In this document: positions 50,678-59,108 of the stretch, piece by piece | How positions within the stretch are numbered: position 1 is the stretch's first letter | Layout of the letters: every line of letters begins with the position of its first letter | Virus record (IMG/VR): IMGVR_UViG_2852409570_000001 | Coordinates: 1,529 to 65,528 of that record | Source of the DNA: a virus | DNA length: 64,000 nt | Direction: 5' to 3' (one strand) | The notes under the pieces: model-generated | What the model saw: the letters and a program-made list of their open reading frames with translations, nothing else | Databases searched by the model: none | What the model was told of the DNA's origin: nothing | Translations under genes and position numbers: made by a program

Positions 50678-51487
50678 TTAAAATGGCAATGCCTTTCTTC
50701 TGTAATCCTTTGTTTCTTTGAAAGTAATCGTTCTGAAATTATTGAGAATCCGCGATACAATTCGTTCATCGTATGCCTCGTCTAAACGCTTCCCTGTGAG
50801 GTTTGTCGTGAAGATAGTAGATTTACCTTGCCTACCATCGAAAACATCGAATAGCACCCTATTAATGAAGTTTGTTGCTTTCGTATTGGCATCTAATGCG
50901 CCTAACTCTGCTCCTAAATCATCGACTATTAATACTTGTGCTCTTACTAAACTTTGAATTATTGCGTCCTCAGTTAAGGAGGAATCTTTATTGAACGTAC
51001 TTTTAATCTTCCGTAGCAATTCGCCAACTGTGACGAAGACAACAGATATCCCCGCACCTGCAAGTTCTTCCGCTATAGCGTAAGCAAGATGTGTTTTCCC
51101 TGCCCCGCAATTCCCGGCCATAATCGTGTTAAACACTTTCCCTTTGAGATAATCAGTTGCAATGACCTTTGCAAGTTCAAGGTTCTTCGCTCCTTCCTCG
51201 CTAGTAGGTTGGTAGTTTTCAAAGTTAGCTTTCTTAATGTTGCTATCGGCAATCATGCTTTGCTGATGGAACATGAACTTCTTCTCATTCGCTTTACCTG
51301 CATCGTACTTTTCTTGTTCTTGTTGCTGAAGCTTCTTACTTTCGTTTTCAAGGAAGCAGCGAGGGCAAACAACTTGTCCACCGAACTTCATCTTATTCAT
51401 GCCGTGCATCACACACACATCAGAATCCATAGTCATATTCACCTTTTTGGCTATATCGATTGGTATTGCTGCCGCCGCTCTTTGCAT
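50678..51487 (-). CDS. DnaC/IstB-like helicase loader ATPase
   Basis: GNCGAGKTHLA, LIVDDLGAE, TIFTTNL, ERIVSRI. Confidence 0.92.
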   Translation of the reverse strand: MQRAAAAIPIDIAKKVNMTMDSDVCVMHGMNKMKFGGQVVCPRCFLENESKKLQQQEQEKYDAGKANEKKFMFHQQSMIADSNIKKANFENYQPTSEEGAKNLELAKVIATDYLKGKVFNTIMAGNCGAGKTHLAYAIAEELAGAGISVVFVTVGELLRKIKSTFNKDSSLTEDAIIQSLVRAQVLIVDDLGAELGALDANTKATNFINRVLFDVFDGRQGKSTIFTTNLTGKRLDEAYDERIVSRILNNFRTITFKETKDYRRKALPF

Positions 51488-52193
51488 TGTTCTTCGCTCC
51501 TTTATTTCGTTGGTATTCAGCTTCTAAAGCTTCCACATCACTTAAAGTCTTAATGTTTTGGTTAGCCCACTGTTTTAAGATGCCTTCAGCATAATTCCAT
51601 TTCTTCTGTTGCTTTAATGCACGTTCCATAGCTGCTATAACAAGTTCCTCACTTGTATCGTTAGCCCATTGTGTAATACTGTCAGCTACGAATGGATTTA
51701 GAATCCCGAAGTTATTTTCATAGAATGCGAAGATATTACTACTACTTACTTTCTTTGTTGTATTCTCTGTAGTAGTCTCTGTTAAAGATTCCAACGTTTT
51801 GTCAGAATGGATTCCAACACTTTGTAAGGTTGGATTCTGACAAAGTGTAAGAATGGATTCTACCAATTTGTTATAATCCAATTTGTAGTGAACTGTAGGA
51901 GCTCCATTTGCTTTTTTTAACACTGTTTCTACTAAGCCTCTATCAACTAACTTCCTTGTCGAATACCTAACTTGCCGTTCTGTTAAACAAATTTCGTCTT
52001 TCCATTCTTTATATGTTTTATAAAAGAATCCATCTATTCTTTTTGATTTATCGCTATAAAATACGATTTGGTTTAAAAGGATTGCTGTTGTAATGTCCCC
52101 TGTTAATTTAACGAACAATTTTGGTACAACAACTATATTATCTTGTCCACTTATTTGAGAAATAATGGTCCGTATCGTTTGGTAATTGCTCAT
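51420..52193 (-). CDS. Phage replication initiator with DnaD domain
   Basis: N-terminal wHTH (LLNQIVFY), ENNFG..NP...YAEGILKQW DnaD motif. Confidence 0.9.
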   Translation of the reverse strand: MSNYQTIRTIISQISGQDNIVVVPKLFVKLTGDITTAILLNQIVFYSDKSKRIDGFFYKTYKEWKDEICLTERQVRYSTRKLVDRGLVETVLKKANGAPTVHYKLDYNKLVESILTLCQNPTLQSVGIHSDKTLESLTETTTENTTKKVSSSNIFAFYENNFGILNPFVADSITQWANDTSEELVIAAMERALKQQKKWNYAEGILKQWANQNIKTLSDVEALEAEYQRNKGAKNNAKSGGSNTNRYSQKGEYDYGF

Positions 52194-52436
52194 TTAGTTC
52201 ACCTTCTTCATCCAGCATTCATAACTCACATTGTCCTCCATGCCAGTAAACCGCACCTTTTCTCTCCCCCTGAACTTACCTTCATGATAAAAAGTTCTTT
52301 CTGCCCTATATATTCGTTTGATTGGCGTTACATAGTCATAACCTCGTTTCTCTAAATCACGAACTGCTATTAGCATCTCTTTCATAGATCCACGCCTTAC
52401 AGGTATCTTAAACATCACGCATTCGCCCTTTCGCAT
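52194..52436 (-). CDS. Hypothetical early phage protein
   Basis: Clean ORF in the early operon. Confidence 0.7.
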   Translation of the reverse strand: MRKGECVMFKIPVRRGSMKEMLIAVRDLEKRGYDYVTPIKRIYRAERTFYHEGKFRGREKVRFTGMEDNVSYECWMKKVN

Positions 52437-52606
52437 ACCGCTATGTCGCCTTGAACCTTAATTACTTTGTATCCTGGATAGCGATCAGGAGTAATGTACT
52501 CAATCGCCTTTACTCTTGCTTCTTTTTCATTGCGTGCGCCCCTCCACACCCATTTCGGAAGGACGACTTTAGATTGATTTTTGTCTAACATAGGCTTAAC
52601 ATCTCC

Positions 52607-53233
52607 TTAGTTTGTTTGTTCTATTTTTTCTACTTGTTTTTCGATTTCAGAAATTGCTTTTTCAGCCTGTTTAACCCACTTTGTTGATTTCTTAAGTACT
52701 TCTTCAGCTTGTTTTAATGTCAATTCGCCAACTTCTTTAATACTTAAGTGTCCTTTAATTGTGTCTTCATCCACTTTTCGAAGAGTAGCTAATTTTTTTA
52801 TGTTTAATTTGATTGCACCGACTTGTTGAGCAGTAATCATTTCTTCTTGTACTTCCGGTAGGTCCTCACCCGCATAGATGTATAATCCCAATCCGTGAAG
52901 CGCTATTGCCTTTACTAAACAACGTTGAATACTTGTGTTAATGTCAAAGCTGTTAGGCTCTGCGATTGGCTTATTTTGATTGTTAAGTATTGGGTGAATC
53001 TGACTTAGTGGGATTCCTTGTACAGTTACTTCAACCTCAACAAAGTAACCACAATCTGTTTTGAGGTAAGGCGCTCCATCAAATCGTTTTACCTCCCATG
53101 TTGCTGTTGGATCTACTTCACGAAGTTTTTTAACCGCCCACGCCCATGATAAGTAGTTAAATCGTCCTTTCTTTTCAACGTGTTCCGTACAATCTATTTG
53201 AGCTAATTTAGAAAAGTAATTTTCAGTTGTCAT
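52607..53233 (-). CDS. Sak / Rad52-like single-strand annealing protein (DUF1071)
   Basis: YLSWAWAV, RCLVKAIALHGLGLYIYAGEDLP. Confidence 0.92.
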   Translation of the reverse strand: MTTENYFSKLAQIDCTEHVEKKGRFNYLSWAWAVKKLREVDPTATWEVKRFDGAPYLKTDCGYFVEVEVTVQGIPLSQIHPILNNQNKPIAEPNSFDINTSIQRCLVKAIALHGLGLYIYAGEDLPEVQEEMITAQQVGAIKLNIKKLATLRKVDEDTIKGHLSIKEVGELTLKQAEEVLKKSTKWVKQAEKAISEIEKQVEKIEQTN

Positions 53234-53250
53234 ATGAATCTCCCTCTCTT

Positions 53251-53436
53251 TTAAAATGGTACTAATTCCGTTTGTTTACTAGCTTCATACACTTCCGTAA
53301 GTGCCTGTAATCCATGTTCATAAGCCACAACCATTGATGCGGCATTAGGTTCGTTACTTCGCTTATATCGTTCGACTAAACTCTTCATAATTTGAATTTC
53401 AGCCTCAATTTTGTTTTGAAAGGCCATCTTATTCAC
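53251..53436 (-). CDS. Hypothetical early phage protein
   Basis: Coupled to the upstream ORF. Confidence 0.7.
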   Translation of the reverse strand: MNKMAFQNKIEAEIQIMKSLVERYKRSNEPNAASMVVAYEHGLQALTEVYEASKQTELVPF

Positions 53437-53638
53437 CTGCTACTTTCTTCATCGAATGTTCTTCAACATACTGTTTGATACATTCGAATTCGGTATGAAT
53501 TGGATCACCACTAAAATCAAGGTAGCCTTCTCCGTAGAAGATTTCTCCGCCACATCCTTGGCAGTAATCCATAAAGTCTCTTGCTGATGAATCGTGATGA
53601 TTTCCGTAAATAATCGGATTTTCAATCATTTTTTGCAT
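53429..53638 (-). CDS. Small Zn-finger-like early phage protein
   Basis: CQGCGGEI...H.EC; GGAGG RBS. Confidence 0.7.
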   Translation of the reverse strand: MQKMIENPIIYGNHHDSSARDFMDYCQGCGGEIFYGEGYLDFSGDPIHTEFECIKQYVEEHSMKKVAGE

Positions 53639-54413
53639 TCCTCCTTATTTACTGAGAGAAAACTTATGGTATAATAGAGGTAGCTAATTTTAGGGAATGT
53701 TTTCTCTACAGCGCTCGTTGACATCGAGCGTTTTTTCGTTTTTAATAGCTAACTTTCTGAAAGTCTGTTAAAATTTAGTTACCGATATGTGTAACAACCG
53801 GCCTGTGCTTCTGTACGGGCTTTTTTGATGCTTTCACGCATCGTAATACCCAGGAACCTGTCTATTAGGTGGGGTATTCTATTAGATTCCTGAATATTAC
53901 GACAAGCAAGAGCTTGTCTTATTAACTCTGTAAAGACGCTATTACAAACATAAGCCCTTATGGATTCTTTAGATTATCAACTTTTTTCATAATTTTTATC
54001 ATAGATTTTTACATTCATATTTCTGTAACTTCTATATATAACATTTAAAGGAATTATGTGTTAAACTTATAACATTCCAAGAAGTCCTTTACTTTTAGAA
54101 TCGACAATTCTTCAATACCCTTAGTCTTGCCCTGCATCCCCTTGCAGGGCTTTTATCATTTAGCTAGAGTGATATACCTCTTGTATGTTTCTTCAACCTT
54201 ATCTGCGCTGTTATGTACACCCTTTGCTCTTAAATCCTTTATAATCCACAAGATTTTCTTTCGTTCATATTCATCACGCTGCTGTTTATTTATCATCTTG
54301 CGACCATCCTGTCTTTTTATCCCAGACATCAATTCTGTATATTAGGTATGCTGATAGACATATAGCTGCTGATACAATCGCCAATGATAATGTACTTTCC
54401 TCCATCATTTAAA

Positions 54414-54466
54414 CCGCCTCCCTATCCATTTCTGGAATGATTCCACGTTTCGTTAGAAGTTCGTTA
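54414..54466 (-). pseudogene. Orphan C-terminal tail of an antirepressor-type gene
   Basis: ELLTKRGIIPEMDREAV* directly after the HNH stop codon. Confidence 0.55.
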
Positions 54467-55000
54467 CACATGCTTCCAAGTCTCATTTCTTACAACCTTC
54501 CCTATAGTTGAATGTGATATTCCGAATGTTCTAGCCATTGCTCTAGCTCCATATTTAGAGTGGCCTGGTTTGTAGTGTTTTCTTATCCATTCAATTTGTT
54601 CTTCAGTAAAAACAGCTGTATGAATCTGTTCACCTTTTGCGTTTAAATCATTTTTAATTGCATGTTTTTTATTTTCCTTATCTGTCACAAATTCCAAATT
54701 GCTTAATCTGTTATTAGTCTTATCTCCATCAATATGATTAACTTGCATCTTCTCTTCTTGGCACTTATTAAAAGATTCAATAACTAATCTGTGTATATAA
54801 AATCTCCTTTGTATTCCTTTTTCGTCAGTTAATCCTATTCTTAAATAACCTTTTTTGGTAACAACAGGTGTTAAGATTCTGCCTTTTACGCTATTCCCTC
54901 TTTTTATAACTGTTTTAACTCTACCTAGATTGCTAATCACATATATCCCTTCATAACCTATTAAATCTACCCATATCTCATTTTGTTCTTTTGATTCCAC
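54464..55000 (-). CDS. NUMOD4-HNH homing endonuclease
   Basis: W..LIGYEGIYVISNLGRVK (NUMOD4); IHRLV, VNHIDGDKTNN..SNLE..N..H. Confidence 0.92.
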   Translation of the reverse strand: MESKEQNEIWVDLIGYEGIYVISNLGRVKTVIKRGNSVKGRILTPVVTKKGYLRIGLTDEKGIQRRFYIHRLVIESFNKCQEEKMQVNHIDGDKTNNRLSNLEFVTDKENKKHAIKNDLNAKGEQIHTAVFTEEQIEWIRKHYKPGHSKYGARAMARTFGISHSTIGKVVRNETWKHV

Positions 55001-55004
55001 AGTT

Positions 55005-55203
55005 CATTTCCTCCAAACGATTAATTATGTACACCTGTCCTTTTGGAGTGACTCGCATTGTGATTCAAGTTAATGCTCATTTTGATGTTTCAAAATAACC
55101 ACAATCAATATATTTTTGTAATGGCTCATTTTTCTTCTCAAAAACTAGTTACCGTTCGAACTTTACCGAACTCTTCATTGTTGAAAACCTGTAATTGATT
55201 CAT
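55005..55203 (-). pseudogene. Internally deleted BRO-N/ANT antirepressor
   Basis: MNQLQVFNNEEFGKVRTV joined to KNEPLQKYIDCGYFE, then stops, then MRVTPKGQVYIINRL. Confidence 0.7.
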
Positions 55204-55444
55204 TTTCTTTCTCCTCCGGCCTTCCAGTTGTCATTATGACAACTTTTTGAGTAAAAAAAAGTTCATCTATTGATACTCCAAGTGCATTTGCTAAAATAGG
55301 TATCTTTTCAGCATCTAATCTTCTCTTGCCATTTTCTATGAAAGAAATAGCTGAAGCGTGACTAAAACCAAGACTCTTAGCCAGTTTTGATTGTGTTATA
55401 TCTTTTTGTTTGCGAATATCTCTAACTCTGTTTCCAAATGTCAT
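55175..55444 (-). CDS. Cro-like XRE regulator
   Basis: MTFGNRVRDIRKQKDITQSKLAKSLGFSHASAISFIENGKR. Confidence 0.88.
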   Translation of the reverse strand: MTFGNRVRDIRKQKDITQSKLAKSLGFSHASAISFIENGKRRLDAEKIPILANALGVSIDELFFTQKVVIMTTGRPEEKENESITGFQQ

Positions 55445-55648
55445 ATCCGCCTCACCTCCTATAGTTGTCATTTCGACAACAGCTTAATTTCATTATAAGT
55501 TGTCATTTCGTAAATGTAAACCCCTGTTTTGTCACTTTGTTTTAATTTTTTTTACAAATAGTGAAAAGTTGTCAAAAAGTATATATACTGTAATTAAAGA
55601 ATAATACTTCGCAATGGGATCTTATTTATAAAGGGGAATAATAAAATT

Positions 55649-55993
55649 ATGAACTTAAACGAAAGATTGAAAGCGTGCCGCGAAAAGAAGGGGTACACAC
55701 AGACTTTCATCTCAGAAAAATTAGACGTAAACAAAGCCACTTTATCTAGTTACGAATCAGGAAGACGTAAACCTGACTACGAAACATTAACTAAACTAGC
55801 AGACATATACGAAGTTTCTATTGATTACTTATTAGGAAGAGCGATGCATCAAAAGTTAACAGTTAAAGAAACAGAAGAGATAAGTAAAGAAACTAACGAA
55901 TGGATGACACTGATTAATCAACTATCAGAGGACAACAAAGAGTTGTTTAAATCAACAATTCAAAGCTTTATATCTAAAAACAAAGCTCCGTAA
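55649..55993 (+). CDS. CI-like XRE repressor
   Basis: RLKACREKKGYTQ..LSSYESGRRKPDYETL; divergent from the cro-like gene. Confidence 0.92.
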   Translation: MNLNERLKACREKKGYTQTFISEKLDVNKATLSSYESGRRKPDYETLTKLADIYEVSIDYLLGRAMHQKLTVKETEEISKETNEWMTLINQLSEDNKELFKSTIQSFISKNKAP

Positions 55994-56021
55994 GACTAAT
56001 TACTGTCTACGGAGTTTTGTT

Positions 56022-56135
56022 TTACTCTTTTCCTTCGTTTGATAATTCTAGTAGCATTTCACGGAGATGTTCAATATTTACCCCTTCGACCGTCTCCATT
56101 ATCAATAACTCTGTAACTAAATTCTCCATGTTCAT
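56022..56135 (-). CDS. 37-aa acidic protein downstream of aimP (AimX-position gene; not in ORF track)
   Basis: MNMENLVTELLIMETVEGVNIEHLREMLLELSNEGKE; GGGGGA RBS; convergent with the repressor. Confidence 0.6.
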   Translation of the reverse strand: MNMENLVTELLIMETVEGVNIEHLREMLLELSNEGKE

Positions 56136-56227
56136 TCCCCCTGCATCCTCTATATAATTTGTGAACAATTCACATTCGTTAATTATTTATTTTTTTTGAA
56201 AAATAGTTAACATTCCCTAAAACGACG

Positions 56228-56261
56228 AATGACATCTTCTAAAAAAAGAAGATGTCATTCA
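56228..56261. terminator. Hairpin after aimP
   Basis: GAATGACATCTTCT-AAAAA-AGAAGATGTCATTC. Confidence 0.8.
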
Positions 56262-56274
56262 TTAAATATATAAT

Positions 56275-56430
56275 TTAAACGCCCGTCCCTGGATCAGACA
56301 TTTTTAATGTAATTGTAAGTTGAGTATCCTTAGCTAACTGCTGAGGTTGCTTTTTTTGGCTATCAGAAGGAGCGAATAAAAATCCACCTGACAACGCTAA
56401 AATAGTAATAAGCGATAAAACCTTATTCAT
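56275..56430 (-). CDS. aimP: Arbitrium pro-peptide AimP (51 aa; not in ORF track)
   Basis: MNKVLSLITILALSGGFLFAPSDSQKKQPQQLAKDTQLTITLKMSDPGTGV: signal peptide plus DPG-G-type C-terminal peptide, directly after aimR. Confidence 0.85.
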   Translation of the reverse strand: MNKVLSLITILALSGGFLFAPSDSQKKQPQQLAKDTQLTITLKMSDPGTGV

Positions 56431-56469
56431 TTATGTATCACCTCACTCTCATAAATTATAACATTTTTT

Positions 56470-57618
56470 CTATATAATCCCTAGAGATTTCTTAGGTAAT
56501 TGAGCATAAAAAATATTTCCTAATCGCTCAAACATATCTAGTGATTTCAATAACAGTTCTTTGTCATTTTTCGCTAGGCCTAAATAGTAAATTTGAAATG
56601 CGCTCAGTTCCCCGTTCTCTTCTTTCAACTTCATTAAAATTTCAATTGCATGTTCATTATTACCCTTTTGTATTTCTAAATATGCTTGTTCAGCAGCATG
56701 TAATGGTTTAATATTTTCTAAATCAACTTTATGATGTATTTTTAGAAACTCAATAGTATTAGCTATCATTGTTCTTCTCATTTCCATTTGATTACTCGAC
56801 TCTTTCTCTAAAATGCTCAATGCTTTTTTCAGATAAAATATCGATTTGTCAAAGGATTCATCACATAGCATAAACGATTCTCCCAATACACCATATACTG
56901 TTGCTTCTACAACAGGAAAACGATTATTGATAGGTATACTTTGTATCACTTCTTCGCATATTTCTCTTAGTTTTTCTAGTTCGTATGCGGTTAAATGACC
57001 ATGAATTGCACATTCCTTTATCTTATAAAAAAACGATTCTTTTAGATAAGGATCTTTAATATCATTTAGTTTCTCCATTAAAAAATCGGATTTGTTAACC
57101 ATTAACTTAAAGTTACCTTGATCGTAAGCTGATAGCATTTCTATTTCTTCGGATAAAATCTCTAATTCTTTACTTTTTAATTTGAGGTATTTCTTTCTCT
57201 TATTTAATTCCAAAAGTAATTTTTCGCCTTTTATGTGTCCTTTATATCTTTTATAAATCAGTTCATACAAGCTTGCCCATTCGCGATTTTCTTTATTTGC
57301 TGAAGTCATTTCTTGGTCTACTAGTCGTTTTAAAAGTTCCAACTCTCCATGAGCCATTAAATAATTCATCGCAATTTTTTTATTAAGATGTCTTTTAGTA
57401 TTAGTAAAGTATTTAGCGCAAAGATCTCGACGTAACTCTACATCATTAGGATAAGCGATTTTTAAAAGTTCTCCGTACTTGTCGAATCTAATTCCATCTT
57501 TCTCCTTAAAAAATTTAGAAACCGTCACGTTGCTTAAACTGATTTGTTTTGAAATATTTCTATCGCTTATTCCTTTAGCGTACAAATCATTTTGCAACTT
57601 CACTATTGAACTTTGCAC
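56470..57618 (-). CDS. aimR: AimR-family (RRNPP/TPR) arbitrium receptor
   Basis: 382 aa; N-terminal HTH, AMNYLMAHGELELLKRLV..N.EWASLYEL, helical repeats, YAQLP C-terminus; followed by a peptide gene. Confidence 0.88.
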   Translation of the reverse strand: MQSSIVKLQNDLYAKGISDRNISKQISLSNVTVSKFFKEKDGIRFDKYGELLKIAYPNDVELRRDLCAKYFTNTKRHLNKKIAMNYLMAHGELELLKRLVDQEMTSANKENREWASLYELIYKRYKGHIKGEKLLLELNKRKKYLKLKSKELEILSEEIEMLSAYDQGNFKLMVNKSDFLMEKLNDIKDPYLKESFFYKIKECAIHGHLTAYELEKLREICEEVIQSIPINNRFPVVEATVYGVLGESFMLCDESFDKSIFYLKKALSILEKESSNQMEMRRTMIANTIEFLKIHHKVDLENIKPLHAAEQAYLEIQKGNNEHAIEILMKLKEENGELSAFQIYYLGLAKNDKELLLKSLDMFERLGNIFYAQLPKKSLGII

Positions 57619-58113
57619 AATCTTTGTCCTCCTTGTTGGACAAAAAAGACACGTTACCCTAGATTTCTTACATTTAAGGAAAACGCGTCACTATATCTAG
57701 GATGTGTGTTATAATTATGTACGAGACTTATGACAAGTGTTCCCCTAGGCACATTAGGGCGGACCGTGGAAGAGTGTTACCAGCACTACTTGCACAGCCA
57801 TGAGTCTTTTTTACGTCCGTTTATTTTATTATTTTCATAATATCATATTTTTGCCAAAATTCAGTCGTGTGGTTATCAGAAAAATGTTGAGAAAGTTTGA
57901 AAATAGCTTTATATCAATGGTTTCTCACACTTATGGATAAGGATATGCAATAGTGCATCTTTCTGTATGAAGTACTCTTACGCATGTTTTACCGTATTAA
58001 GCATGAGAGCTACGGCTCTCTTTTTTATTTTCTTTCGACATAATATAACGATATTGTTATAATTAAATTTATTGTGATTAATTTAAAGTTTTACATTTGG
58101 GAGGGACAACTGA

Positions 58114-58368
58114 ATGGGAGCGAAAACATTTAATAATTCCATTGAAAAACTAGCAGAAGGAATTGCAAACAAAGAAGTCAAATTTAAAACAACTGTACCA
58201 ATTGAACTTCGAGATACAGAAAATTCAATCGCTATTCTCTTATCGAAAGAACAATCAATCGAGTTAGCACATATGCTAATTAATGGAAATATGTTATTTG
58301 AGAAAGACCGTATTGTTCTTACTATCAAAAAAAACTCGCAATGTAGTATGTCTGTTACAAGTTATTAG
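58114..58368 (+). CDS. Hypothetical protein
   Basis: GGAGG RBS; followed by the cassette repeat. Confidence 0.6.
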   Translation: MGAKTFNNSIEKLAEGIANKEVKFKTTVPIELRDTENSIAILLSKEQSIELAHMLINGNMLFEKDRIVLTIKKNSQCSMSVTSY

Positions 58369-58391
58369 AAAGTAATACCATCAAGAATACT

Positions 58392-58468
58392 TAAATAGGA
58401 TTCCAATACATACTATTACAATTAAGATGGTTCAACTCAGAGAAAAGGCACCTTAGGGTGTCTTTTTT
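58392..58468 (+). repeat. Cassette repeat copy
   Basis: GGATTCCAATACATAC...AAGATGGTTCAACTCAGAGAAAAGGCACCTTAGGGTGTCTTTTTT. Confidence 0.92.
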
Positions 58469-58616
58469 GATTATAAACAGTAGTTTTAAATAATAAATAT
58501 ATTCAATACTTAGGAGAGATAAAGAATTTTTTTAGTTTATTTAACATCTTTTTAGCTCGTTGACAATTTAAAGTTAATGAATTAACATATCAGTTACTAA
58601 TATATCAGTAACTGAT

Positions 58617-59069
58617 ATGTTTTCGTGGAGGGAATGTATGGAAGCTATTCAAAATAGATTGTTACTAGGGACAAACTACATAGAGGAGATCCAAAGCAAT
58701 ACTAGGATTGAGTTTAATGAACTAAAACCAAGTCAACTTCCTAGCGCCCCAGGTGTGTATATTATAAAAAGTAAGATAAACGACACAGTTCTATATGTTG
58801 GAAGAACTTTAAATTTGCAAAGAAGAATTTATACGAATCATTTACAAGGAAATTTAAGCACAGCACGTTTAAAGAAATATCTGATTGAAGATCCTTCTAG
58901 AAGTGAAGTTGTTGATTTAAACAGTGCTAAAGAATTTTTAAAAAATCAGTGTTATGTTCAATTTATTATTATAGAAAATGATCATAAATTACGTGGTAAA
59001 CTAGAATGTTTGTTTACATTTGCATTTGATACTTATTATGTAGAACCAGAGAGAGGAAAAAGAAACTAA
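58617..59069 (+). CDS. GIY-YIG nuclease
   Basis: GVYII..LYVGRT.NL.RRI..H. Confidence 0.85.
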   Translation: MFSWRECMEAIQNRLLLGTNYIEEIQSNTRIEFNELKPSQLPSAPGVYIIKSKINDTVLYVGRTLNLQRRIYTNHLQGNLSTARLKKYLIEDPSRSEVVDLNSAKEFLKNQCYVQFIIIENDHKLRGKLECLFTFAFDTYYVEPERGKRN

Positions 59070-59108
59070 GTATCCAAGACTGACCTGTGAATTACTAATC
59101 TAGAGTAG

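Larger units (their letters stand above)
16461..57830 (-). mobile_element. Temperate siphophage module lacking an integrase, embedded in a plasmid backbone
   Basis: Contiguous lysogeny control, replication, packaging, head, tail and lysis genes; no tyrosine or large serine integrase in the window; parA operon adjacent. Confidence 0.88.
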
